A stretch of DNA of 64,000 nucleotides from Myxococcota bacterium (GTDB taxonomy: Bacteria > Myxococcota_A > Bradymonadia > UBA7976 > UBA1532): assembly GCA_036337435.1 (NCBI GenBank), contig JAYZEG010000020.1, positions 1 to 64,000 of the forward strand, read 5' to 3'. The position numbers were made by a program, and so were the translations under genes. Below are positions 50,406 to 60,800 of the stretch, in pieces; position 1 is the stretch's first letter; every line of letters begins with the position of its first letter. The notes under the pieces were generated by a model. It saw only the letters and a program-made list of their open reading frames with translations, did not search any database and was not told the origin of the DNA.

Positions 50406-52019
50406 TCAAATGTCCGATGGCTCGTAAGAGCCGCCGTCGAATGACAGCACGTTGTAGACGTTGACATCGTGTGATTTTCCTTTGAACTTCACGGCGTCAA
50501 AAGACTCGTATTTGACCCGCTCCCCCAGGGCAGACGTCACCGGATCCGAGACCAGTATTTGCCCCGCTTGAGCATGATGGCATAGTCTCGATGCCGTATT
50601 GACCGTATCACCGATGACCGTGTACGAGAGGGTCTTCGTCGAACCCATGTAGCCAGCGACCATTTCCCCTGTATTGATGGCGGTTCTTGCAACAACCGGG
50701 TTGGCACCGTTCGCTACCCGAAAGCGATTCCAGTCGTCTAAGCTGCGGCGCATTTCTAGCGCGGCGCGCACGGCGCGTTCGATGTGGTCAGTCTGTTCCA
50801 CAGGTGCCCCCCAGACAGCCATCAATTCATCGCCTATAAACTTATCAAGCGTCCCTTCGTGGCGAAACACAATGTCCACCATGATCTCGAAGAATTCGTT
50901 CAACAGTGAGATCGTCTCTTCCGGTCCGATGGTCTCGCTCATCGATGTAAAGCCCCGGATATCGGTAAAGAGAACGGTTGCGTTGCGAATGCGACCTCCT
51001 TTATCCATGCTCACACCGCCGCTCACGACCTGTTCTACCAGGTTGGGCGATAGTAACCTCGACAAACTACTGCGTGCGACGGCCTCTTCTTCTGCGCGTC
51101 GGGCTAGACTTACGTTCTCAATTCGCATGGCAGCTTCGTTTGCGAACACGGTCAGAATTTGAAGATCTTTCTCCGTAAAAACGCCCGTCGCGATGCGGGT
51201 ATCCAGATGGATCATGCCCAGAAGATCACTGCCTGCCATAAGTGGGACACACATGGTGCTCCGAATTCCCTGCATGATGATACTGTGGGACCCGCCAAAG
51301 CGGCTGTCCATTGTTGCATCACTCGATAGCACCGCATGATGCTGTTCCAAAACCTCGTTGAGAATGGTGCTTGACAGTTGCATCTGTTCATCATTACCGC
51401 GGCGATTTTTGTAGGCACGAGGCTCTGGTACGCCATCTTGATTGAGGAGAAGAATCACTCCTCTGTCGGCACTGGAAAACTCCAATGCTTTGTCTAGAAT
51501 TCGATTGAGCACCGTATCCAGGTCAATGTCTGCACCAATCGCTTGGTTGACCTCGAATACAACCCGCAGCTTTTCGTAGTCGGTTCGTAGTGTATGCTCG
51601 TCTAAGATGTCTGCTTCGGGTAAAAATTCTTTCTGCTGAGCTTCGCGCGCCTGGAGTCGAGAGCGGATTGCCGTCTCAGACGCCACCGCATGAATCGTGA
51701 CGTTACCTGAGAGGCGCTGATTGGTCTCAGTGTCTTCGGTCAAAAATACGATTCGGCTGCCGCCCATGGTCACAGTATCATTGTCCGCCAGCCGTGTTCG
51801 GCCTCGGATCTGATTCCCATTAATGAAGGTTCCATTCCGACTACCGATATCTTGCACCCAATACGCATCATCGGCGAACGTGATCAGCGCATGCTCTTTG
51901 CTAACGACCCTGTCGAGGATCTGAATGGTCTGTTCTGGGTGCCGTCCCAATGTATTGATCGCTCTCAAGCGATGCTCTCGCTGAGCACCGTCCGGCGTTG
52001 TCACTAATAATCGAGCCAA
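50406..52019 (-). CDS. FHA-GAF-class III adenylate cyclase
   Basis: FHA GR..S.EHA..D.GSRNGT; GAF IRSTMCVPL..FTEKD; cyclase FTDIRGFT, KFIGD, YTVIGDTVNTASRL; TTG start after GGGAG. Confidence 0.94.
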   Translation of the reverse strand: MARLLVTTPDGAQREHRLRAINTLGRHPEQTIQILDRVVSKEHALITFADDAYWVQDIGSRNGTFINGNQIRGRTRLADNDTVTMGGSRIVFLTEDTETNQRLSGNVTIHAVASETAIRSRLQAREAQQKEFLPEADILDEHTLRTDYEKLRVVFEVNQAIGADIDLDTVLNRILDKALEFSSADRGVILLLNQDGVPEPRAYKNRRGNDEQMQLSSTILNEVLEQHHAVLSSDATMDSRFGGSHSIIMQGIRSTMCVPLMAGSDLLGMIHLDTRIATGVFTEKDLQILTVFANEAAMRIENVSLARRAEEEAVARSSLSRLLSPNLVEQVVSGGVSMDKGGRIRNATVLFTDIRGFTSMSETIGPEETISLLNEFFEIMVDIVFRHEGTLDKFIGDELMAVWGAPVEQTDHIERAVRAALEMRRSLDDWNRFRVANGANPVVARTAINTGEMVAGYMGSTKTLSYTVIGDTVNTASRLCHHAQAGQILVSDPVTSALGERVKYESFDAVKFKGKSHDVNVYNVLSFDGGSYEPSDI

Positions 52020-52140
52020 TGGAGTCTCTCCCAGTTTCGGACTGGATGATAGCAAACATTGAGGCTAAAAAGACCACAAATTGTCAAACGGTAGCCAGCC
52101 GGCCATGAGATCGGGGATTCTGTTTGAGTTAAGCACTCCC

Positions 52141-52863
52141 TCACAGGCGAGATATTCTGCAAGAGATCCGAGCCCAAATCGGAAAGTGGTCACTTGTTTT
52201 TATGTCCCTGAGAACCCGACAACTTTCTCCGGTCCAATGTCCTTTGGATAGAAGGATGTAGTCGATTTGGCGGTGTGGCTCTTTGACACTAAAGGTCTCG
52301 GCTGGCCCGCTTCCAAAGCCGTTGAAAGCATCCGAGCAGGTGTCCATGAGTGCGCTGTATTCGACTGACTCTGGGCGAGCGTTTAAGTCCCCCAACAACA
52401 GGGCTGGTCCGGACACTGTTCCCATGATCGAGCTCAGTGCCTTAGCTTGCTCTCGGCGTTCTGCTTCCTTGATACTTAGGTGTGACGTGACCAGTGTAAT
52501 CGGTGTTTTGGTCTTCATTTTTGCGATCAAACAGACGCGCTGTTCATCTTGATCTTTATGAAGGCACCGCCGTGTGATGACCTCGTGCTCCGAACGGGTT
52601 AACAAGGCGATGCCATAACGGCCGCCGTCGCTGTCCCTGAGTGCACCGCAAAAGGTGCCGTTCATATTCAGCCGTCGCGCCAAATAGTCGGTTTGGTCTA
52701 CGCGTTCGCCCATATTCCAATGATTTCCAACTTCCTGCAGTGCCAAGACATCGGGCACACCGTGGTCGATTATGGCGTGAGCAATGGCGTCCAGACTGCT
52801 GTCCAGACCCAATCGAATATTGTACGACATAACGTCTAATTGCATGGGTTTACGAGTCTCCAT
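52141..52863 (-). CDS. endonuclease/exonuclease/phosphatase (EEP) family hydrolase
   Basis: SYNI, LQEV, GDLN, IDYI, SDHFP. Confidence 0.94.
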   Translation of the reverse strand: METRKPMQLDVMSYNIRLGLDSSLDAIAHAIIDHGVPDVLALQEVGNHWNMGERVDQTDYLARRLNMNGTFCGALRDSDGGRYGIALLTRSEHEVITRRCLHKDQDEQRVCLIAKMKTKTPITLVTSHLSIKEAERREQAKALSSIMGTVSGPALLLGDLNARPESVEYSALMDTCSDAFNGFGSGPAETFSVKEPHRQIDYILLSKGHWTGESCRVLRDIKTSDHFPIWARISCRISRL

Positions 52864-54373
52864 TCTGATCGCTGATCCGTGTTGGGAATGACAGTCGAAA
52901 GGTAGTCCCTTGACCCGGACTCGACTCGACTCTAATCACTCCGTCGTGAGCATCGACGATTTGCTTTACCATCGATAATCCCAAACCCGTTCCTTGCGGC
53001 TTTGTACTGTAAAACGGTTCAAAGAGGCGTTCCTGAGTGTCGACTTGAATTCCACCACCGGTATCGGTCACTTCCACATAGACGACGTCGCCTACTCGGC
53101 GGATGCGCAGGACGATATGTCCGCCACTGGTCATCGCTTCCTTGGCATTTCTGATTAAATTAATCAGCGCAGCCCGCACTTGGTTTGGGTCGACTTCAAC
53201 GGCTTTGGGGACCGGATCCGGGTCCAATCTCATTTTGACATCAGCTTGTTCCATCTCCGAGCGAAAAAAATCAATCAGCTCCGCGGCGGTGTGGTTTAGG
53301 TCGACGAGAGATTTTTCGGGCATTGGTAAGCGGGCAAAACGGAGGTATTCTTCTGTAATTTCTTTGAGGCGATCGACCTCGCGCGTGATGCTCATCAAGA
53401 GTTCGCGGGCATTGTCGACAGAGCGTGTCTGTTCACTGGCAGCAAGCTCTTCCATCATAAGCTCGGAGTTAAGCCCGATGCTGCTCAAGGGATTTCGAAG
53501 CTCATGGGTAATCTGAGCCGACATGCGTCCCACCGTTGCCAATTGTTCTCGTTGGAGAAGGGTTTTCTGTTGTTCATTCAGTTTTTCATCGCGACGTCGT
53601 ATGGCTTCCGCCATGCGGTTGAACTCGGTGGCTAACAAACCCAATTCATCATTTGCCTTCGTGAGAACAGGTGTATCGTATCGACCGTCGGCCACCCGTT
53701 CGACACCCTCCCGCAATGCTCTAAGTGGTTTCAACAGTCGGGTTGCCAAAAATGTGATGAGTAAGCCGAGCAAGGTGGCAACAGTTGCGAGAAAAATTGC
53801 CCCCCAGGCAAGCTGATCTTCGTCTTGCTCAAAGACGTCTATTGTTCGACCTAAGGCGCGATTTGTTTCAAGTCCAAAGAATTCAACTTGCCGAGCGACC
53901 TTGGCGATAGAGCGCCGTGTGGGGCGACGGAAGACTGTGATGTCATCACCCTCTTCGAGTGCTTTAAAGAAGGTGCTGAGTTGGGCATTCATCGCTCGAT
54001 ATTCAGTCTCCAAAAGCTGGAAATGGGCGAGCAGTGCGTCTGCTTCCGGAGAGCCGTCTCGGCGCTCAAGCCGAGCTCGCATCTTGTCGAGTCTTTGGGC
54101 GAGGCGTGTTGGTGTCTGATCGACCTTCTGCAATTGGTCTACCGCTCGCAATAAACTATTACGCTCGTTGAGGCCAGCCACCAAGGACAGGCGTCTGAGG
54201 TCAGATTTGACCTCGGCAACCATCGACGGGAGAGGGACGAGGCTCGTGTGTAACCGAGTCAATGTTGTTCCCAGTTCTCTGATGCCCCATGCGGTGTAGA
54301 CCATGACCCCACCGAATGTGAGCATCAGGGCCACGAAACCTGCGAAAATTTTTCCCGGTAATGATATACGCAC
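52850..54373 (-). CDS. HAMP-domain sensor histidine kinase (NtrB/NtrY-like)
   Basis: Two TMs, HAMP DELGLLATEFNRM, HELRNPL, NLIRNA, DTGGG, FEPFYSTK, GTGLGL. Confidence 0.96.
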   Translation of the reverse strand: MRISLPGKIFAGFVALMLTFGGVMVYTAWGIRELGTTLTRLHTSLVPLPSMVAEVKSDLRRLSLVAGLNERNSLLRAVDQLQKVDQTPTRLAQRLDKMRARLERRDGSPEADALLAHFQLLETEYRAMNAQLSTFFKALEEGDDITVFRRPTRRSIAKVARQVEFFGLETNRALGRTIDVFEQDEDQLAWGAIFLATVATLLGLLITFLATRLLKPLRALREGVERVADGRYDTPVLTKANDELGLLATEFNRMAEAIRRRDEKLNEQQKTLLQREQLATVGRMSAQITHELRNPLSSIGLNSELMMEELAASEQTRSVDNARELLMSITREVDRLKEITEEYLRFARLPMPEKSLVDLNHTAAELIDFFRSEMEQADVKMRLDPDPVPKAVEVDPNQVRAALINLIRNAKEAMTSGGHIVLRIRRVGDVVYVEVTDTGGGIQVDTQERLFEPFYSTKPQGTGLGLSMVKQIVDAHDGVIRVESSPGQGTTFRLSFPTRISDQNGDS

Positions 54374-54491
54374 TATAAGCCTTATCTATCAGGTCGTTGA
54401 CGTGGGAGCAGTCGTTGTGATACCCGCTTGCGTCGTCATAGGACGTTATAATACATCGGTCAAGGAACCATCGGTGTTTGAAAAGGTAAAA

Positions 54492-56081
54492 ATGAAACGG
54501 ATAATTGTCCTTGGAATGTCTGGCTTGGTGATGATGACATGGAGCCTAATTGACACTCAAACTGCCCATGCCGAAGCACTGAAGCCGCGAGTCTGGATCG
54601 CGCCCATTCAAGCCCGTCAAGGTGTGGCAGGTGCGGGCTTATTGGCTGAGAAATTTGACGAGGTCGCTCGCGGTCAGTTGAAACGTAGTCAGAAGATCGA
54701 AACTGCAGACAAGGCTGGCATGGGTCCAGTCAAAGCGGGAGAGTCTGATCCTCGCATTGAAAAAGCCGAGCGTCTGCGTGTTGCGAGTAAGCAGGATTAC
54801 TCGTCGGGTAACAAGAAACGGGCTTTCAAACAGCTGAAAGCGGCACTGGAGCTGTACGAAGCAGGGCTTGCGTCTATCGCAAAGCTGGAAGTCGTCTTGG
54901 AAACATTGGGCTATCTCGGTGCGTCCGCATTTGACCTCGGCTATGAAGGCGATGCCCGTGACTATTTTCGTCGCGTCGTGACCATGGCACCCGATGCAGA
55001 GCCATTGGATGAATACAGCGATGGGTCGAAAGCATTCTTCGCAAAGACCCGCAAAAAGCTTTTAAAAAAGAAGACCGGCAATATCTATATCCAGTCGGTC
55101 CCCAGAGGAGCCACAGTCCGTTTGAATGGTGTTGAGAAAGGCAAGACGCCCCTTCGTTTGAACAAACTTGTCCGAGGCTTTCACTGCATTCAACTCGCAC
55201 ACCCAGATGCTGGGTTGGCCGGGGCCGTGATCAAAGTTAAGAGCAAGAAAACAACCCGGACGAAGCTCACGCTCTCGAAGGATGTTGGACCGAAGCAGCC
55301 CGGCAAAGCCTCCGAGGGAGACGTCGCGGTTTTGTTGAAGTCGGTTGCCGACAATCGCTTGGATCGAGATTTCCGAAATAAGGCCAAGGAGATCGGTGAG
55401 TTGACTCAGGCACGTTACGTTGTCGTCGGCGTGATTGACGCTGAGGGTAACGGCTTTGTGATGAATTCCTTTGTATATGGACTGCGGGAGAAACAGGTTG
55501 TGGCCTTGGACCGATTCAAGTTTAAAGCGGACATTGCCAGCACCATGATTAAGGCGGCTCAGTTTGCTCGAGAGGTTGAAAAAACCGCGTTGGCTTTTCC
55601 CGAGGACAAGGTTTTGTCCGGTCGCGTCTTCGTCGTCCGTGCTGAGCCCCCTGCGCCGCCACCTGTCCCAGCGTCGAAGCCAGCACCAGCACCGATCCCT
55701 GTGCCGATCGTTCCGCCGAAAAAGCCCGGCATAGATGGTCCGAGGGTGGTCTCTCCGACCCGTCCAACCGTTGAACCAAAGCCGTCAAAACCCGTCGTTC
55801 AACCAAAGGTGACTAAACCCGCCGTCGAGCAAAAACCCAAAGTGGAACCCGTCCCTCCGGTCGTAGGGCCTGCGCCTCCCGTCGTCGCGCCAGTGCCCGA
55901 CCTTGTCCGGGAAACGCCCTTTCCTGTAACGACCTATACCAGTCGGCCGAAGTGGTACCGTTCATGGTGGTTTTGGACTGTCACCGGTGCTGTTGTCACC
56001 GCTGGGTCCATCGGTGGATACTTCTTATTGAAAGAAGACGAGCAAAGCGGTCGTTTCGAGGTGGATGTGAGGTGGAGATGA
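54492..56081 (+). CDS. secreted PEGA-domain protein with Pro-rich linker and C-terminal WYxxWWFW hydrophobic motif
   Basis: Signal peptide ending AHA; IQSVPRGATVRLNG..GKTP PEGA; WYRSWWFWTVTGAVV; ATG at 54492 after AAGG. Confidence 0.85.
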   Translation: MKRIIVLGMSGLVMMTWSLIDTQTAHAEALKPRVWIAPIQARQGVAGAGLLAEKFDEVARGQLKRSQKIETADKAGMGPVKAGESDPRIEKAERLRVASKQDYSSGNKKRAFKQLKAALELYEAGLASIAKLEVVLETLGYLGASAFDLGYEGDARDYFRRVVTMAPDAEPLDEYSDGSKAFFAKTRKKLLKKKTGNIYIQSVPRGATVRLNGVEKGKTPLRLNKLVRGFHCIQLAHPDAGLAGAVIKVKSKKTTRTKLTLSKDVGPKQPGKASEGDVAVLLKSVADNRLDRDFRNKAKEIGELTQARYVVVGVIDAEGNGFVMNSFVYGLREKQVVALDRFKFKADIASTMIKAAQFAREVEKTALAFPEDKVLSGRVFVVRAEPPAPPPVPASKPAPAPIPVPIVPPKKPGIDGPRVVSPTRPTVEPKPSKPVVQPKVTKPAVEQKPKVEPVPPVVGPAPPVVAPVPDLVRETPFPVTTYTSRPKWYRSWWFWTVTGAVVTAGSIGGYFLLKEDEQSGRFEVDVRWR

Positions 56082-57694
56082 TGAATCGATATATTGCCAC
56101 ATGCCTTTTTTGTTTTTTAGCAGCGTGCGGAGAGGCAGACAAAACAACGCTCAGTCTCAATGTCTACCCGGCCGAGGGGACAATGCATGATTCGATCTTG
56201 ATCGATAACAGTGCGTCGTTCATGGAGGTTGTCCTGTCGGGCGGTGAGCGGCCTTTTGTAGAACAATTTCCCATGACTGGAAGTGGGGGTAAGCTCTCTG
56301 AACTCCCCGTTGGTTCAGGTTACAAGCTGACCGCTCGAGGCTATCAGGTGAGTCCTGATGGCACGACATCCCTGGTTTTCTATGGTGGAACGGCCCAATT
56401 TGATGTGGTTGATGGTCAGCCGCTCTCAATGTCCGTTCAGGTCGGCCGATCGGACTGCGTTGGCTACAATCGCCCCTCTATTTATCGTTCGGCGGACGGC
56501 AAAGCAGACCTGATCGACAAGCGAGTCGGATTTGGCGTCAGTAAGCTCGCCGATGGACGGCTATTAATTACGGGTGGTGCTGACCTAGATCCGTCTGGAG
56601 CCATTTTAAGCGTTCACGATTCGGTGGAGATTTATGACCCAACCCAGGGCCAATTCATTGCCTTTTTGGATGGTAACGACCAGCCGGTTAGGCTGTCTGA
56701 ACCCAGGGCCTTCCACTCATCGACCGTCTTGCCCAATGGCACCGTCTTGATCGCCGGTGGCCAGTCGACCCCAGCGGGTGGGCTCGCAACTGGTGTAACC
56801 ATTTTCAACCCAGCCGGGCCCGTTTTCGAAGCGCCGATTAATGCGGCCGGATTCTTGCCGCGGAAACGTCACCAAGCTCAGAGACTAAACGATGGGTCCG
56901 TTTTGATCGTGGGTGGTGAAGATGTCAATGGCCAGGCGTTGACAAGCAGCTTTCGCTACTTTCCTACAGACCAATCGTTTCGGGCACAAGGCGATATGGC
57001 GCAAGCCCGACGCGGCCACTCGCTGAATGCGATTGAGCGCGGGGCTGAGTTGGCCATCGCGGCCGGTGGTATCAATGACACCGGTCTGCTGAGAAGCGTC
57101 GAAGTATTCACCACGAACCCTGCACAATCTGGTTGTGTAGGTAACGCGGTTCCGGCACCGAATTTTGGGTGCTGGATCTCGCTGGGCACGACCCTTGAGT
57201 TGCCCGCACCGGTATGGGGACATTCATCTGTCTCAATCAACGGTGGTGCGGAAGTTGTCATCGTTGGTGGTTTTACCTCGAGCGACCGAAGTCAAGCGTC
57301 CAACCAGGTCACCGTCATCTCGTCCGCTCTGAACGGGGCAAGAGAGGCAGGCGTGCTGACCCTCGGTGGGGGAGACTTAGCCGTTGCGGAAGGAACTGAC
57401 GGCAGTTCTCCCTTCATCCTCGTTGCAGGCGGTCGGGTCGGTGATGCGCCGCAACAGCGATATGTCCGCTTGGTGCGTACGGACATAAATGGAGTGGTGC
57501 AATACACTCAAGAGGATCTGACACAGGGTTGCATTCAGCAGGGATTCCCCGAAGCTCGATGGGCTGCTCGTGCGATCCGACTGGACAATGACACGATCGT
57601 CGTTTTAGGCGGGACCAATCGCAGTGTGCGCGGCTATTCTTCGACTCGGCGGGCCGAAGTTTATTTTCCTGAACACATTCCATCCTCGTTCTGA
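56078..57694 (+). CDS. Kelch-repeat beta-propeller lipoprotein
   Basis: LAAC lipobox; repeated L.DG.VLI.GG...E.YDP / R..H Kelch motifs; ATGA overlap with the PEGA gene. Confidence 0.88.
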   Translation: MMNRYIATCLFCFLAACGEADKTTLSLNVYPAEGTMHDSILIDNSASFMEVVLSGGERPFVEQFPMTGSGGKLSELPVGSGYKLTARGYQVSPDGTTSLVFYGGTAQFDVVDGQPLSMSVQVGRSDCVGYNRPSIYRSADGKADLIDKRVGFGVSKLADGRLLITGGADLDPSGAILSVHDSVEIYDPTQGQFIAFLDGNDQPVRLSEPRAFHSSTVLPNGTVLIAGGQSTPAGGLATGVTIFNPAGPVFEAPINAAGFLPRKRHQAQRLNDGSVLIVGGEDVNGQALTSSFRYFPTDQSFRAQGDMAQARRGHSLNAIERGAELAIAAGGINDTGLLRSVEVFTTNPAQSGCVGNAVPAPNFGCWISLGTTLELPAPVWGHSSVSINGGAEVVIVGGFTSSDRSQASNQVTVISSALNGAREAGVLTLGGGDLAVAEGTDGSSPFILVAGGRVGDAPQQRYVRLVRTDINGVVQYTQEDLTQGCIQQGFPEARWAARAIRLDNDTIVVLGGTNRSVRGYSSTRRAEVYFPEHIPSSF

Positions 57695-57863
57695 TGGCAA
57701 GGCGGCTGTAGGGCCGATGCCGCCATTTACGAAATTCTTGCACTGGCATCAGACTCGACAGCATGCGTCTGAGTGTTAATGGCTTTTTGATCGCAGGGAA
57801 ATCGCTTCTGTTCACAAAACGATCAATACTGACGTCAGCAAGTGCAATCATAACGGATAGATC

Positions 57864-60800
57864 GTGGTAACGAACGCGTCATCAGTGCGCCTCGGTTTTG
57901 CCCTCTGGATTTGTTTAGGGACGGTCTTTGGTCCTTCTTCAAGTTTGGGGCGTGTCGGTGGTGAACCCCATGCTTTGTATGCCCAGCATCGCCTATTTGG
58001 CGGTGTTGTGGTTACTGGGAACACGTTGATGACCCAGTCTGTCGTCGCACCTCAGGTCAACAGTGTTTTATTGCCCCAGTCCGCGGGTGATGTACGTGAC
58101 TTGCCCTTTGATGCAGAACTGGAAGCAGCCTATTTATTTTGGAGTGGTAGCATCGACGGAGGCATCGATCGAACCGCTGATTTAACGGCGGCCGATGGGA
58201 CACGCTTTAACAATATTCCTGCGGATCGTTGCGTGACGGTGGCGACTCTAGGCGGATTTTATTACTGCCGAGCTGACGTCAGTGATCGGCTCCGAGGCAG
58301 GCCGGGCCCTTCCCAGTTCAACGGCACCTACGTCGTTGGTGATGTCCAAGCATCGGTCGGTCAACTGCGGCCCAACGGCACGTGCATCGACCGCTTCTGT
58401 CAAGCCAAGTACGCCGCTTGGAGTCTTGTCCTTGTCTACCGCTCTGAAGCGGCAAGAACACTTCGGGATGTCTTCATTCATGATGGCTTCCGGTCTCTAG
58501 ACGAAGATGAACAGAGCCCGGGTGTTGACCGCTTTTCTATTCGGGGCTTTGATTTCCCCGAAGGTGGGCAGGCCGTGCTTTCTTTCTTCGGGCTCGAAGG
58601 TGATTCTTTCCTCGGTGTTCCACCTCAGGATACCGATCCTGTAATTCCTTGCGATACGTGTTTTGATTATTTGTCCTTCGGTGGTCGTAAACTGAATGAT
58701 GCACTCAACCCCGCGAACAACCTTTTCAACAGCAGTTCACCAGGCGGATTCACGCTCGGGCTCGATCTAGACAGTTTCAACGTTTCGAACCTGCTCGCAA
58801 TCGGTCAGACGCAGGCAGAGATCGAAGTGGGATCGGGCGATGGGTTTGTCGATCCGTTTGATCCGGAGCCAACGGGAGGAGGGGAGTCCTTTTTTCTTGG
58901 CTATGTGTTGCTCAGCGTTGACCGAAACTCACCAAATTTTAGTCGAGACGGGACCAGGTTGACCGTCGTTCCCGATGAGGGTGCTCCGAACGAGCGTGTT
59001 GTTTTTACGCTGCGCGTGACCAATGAGGGCACCCGAGATGCTCCGAACACGGTGGTCACCTTGCCACTACCAGCTGGGCTTACCTATTTGCCCGGCAGTT
59101 TACGTGTTGATGGGGCTGACCCGATTCCCGGTGCCGAGGTAGCGAATCCGCTGGCGGCAGGCTTTAATTTGGGCTTGCTGCCATTTCGAGGTGATTCAGA
59201 CAGATTAATCACTTTTCGAGCAACCGTCGACCCTGACGCGCGGGCCGGAGAGAGAATCATTACGCAGGGCCAGGTGAGTGCTGACACGCTCGAGTTGGCT
59301 GTCAATACAAATGAAGCCGTGCTCACGGTACTCGGGGCCTTGGAGCTGGATACAGCGACAAAATCTGTGCTCGATGGAAACGGAGACGGCCTATTTACGC
59401 CAGGTGAGGTGGCCACGTATACAATTCGAATTCAAAATCCACATGCTCGCGCGGTCAGCGGTGTCATCTTCAGCGACTCGTTGCCCAACTACGTTGATGC
59501 GTTGCAAGTTGTGGCGTCTTCAGGTGATGCACGTCATAACTTCGCCGAGGGCGAAATTGAATTCTCCAATATGGTGGTACAGCCAGGCAATGAGGGCGCG
59601 ACGATCAGCATTATCGTTCGCATTCATGATGAAGAACAGCTTGTTGCAGAGGGCGTTGCTGTCGGTGAAATCAATGGCTTAGCGGTTGACAACCAAGGCA
59701 CAGTGAGAAGCGGCGCAAGCGTTTTTTCAACCCGTGATCCCAACCCGACCGCGGGGGCTCCCGATGGTGTCACTCGATTCGAGTTAACGTCTGAGCTGAA
59801 TATTGCCGGTGCCGGGACGAGCAAAACCGGGACTGACGTCAATGGTGGCGGCCTTGTTCCTGGAGATGTGATCGAATACACGGTGACCATTGAGAACAGT
59901 GGCACCACCTTGGCTCGGACTTTCGTCGACGATGTGCTGCCGGATAATCTTGGTGCCTGTACCCTAATCTCGGACCTGCCAGACATTGCATGTGACAATA
60001 ACAATCGCCTGCGCGGATTTGTCAATGTCGACCGTGGTGAGCGTGTTCAAGTTCGGTTTCGAGCGAGAGTAAATGATGATGCACCCGATGGTGCGGAAAT
60101 CGTCAATCGAGTTGTTCTGACGGCGGGTAATCAGCGCGTCGAACGTTCGAGTGAGATGCTGCGTGTCTCCTCGGCTGCGGAGTTATCCACGTTCACCAAG
60201 CGGGCCCTTGGGCCCATCGATGGGTTCGCGGTGCCCGGGCAGCGCTATGACTACCAGATCTCGGTTACCAATACGGGCAATCAACCTGCCCAAAATATCG
60301 TCATTTCCGATCCGCTCGGTGTTCGTTTTGCGAGCGTTTCTCCGGCTGATGGCGGGCGTTACGATCCGGTCGCGAATGTTGTCTCTTGGACCATTGGCGT
60401 TCTTCCGCCGGGAGACACTGCGACTGTTAGTCTGGGTGTACAACTCAGTGATGCAATCGCGAACGGAACTGAAATTTTGAATCAGGCGCAAATCAATTTT
60501 GACGGTGAACGCATCTTATCAGACGACCCAAGCACCGATGTGCCCGATGATGCGACGCGGGTCATCGTTCGGTCACAGCCATTACTCACGGTCACCAAGC
60601 GTGCGTCCCTGGTCATCGCGCAACCGAGAGACACCATCGTTTACGATATTGTGATTACCAATGACGGTACGGATGCAGCAGTCGGCGTCCAAGTCAGTGA
60701 TCAGTTTCCTGCCAATTTGTTCAGAAGCGTTGTTGCTGTCAATGGGACGAATGAGGGCGGCCTGATGAGGTGGACCCCAGAGGATGTACCCGCTTTGGGT

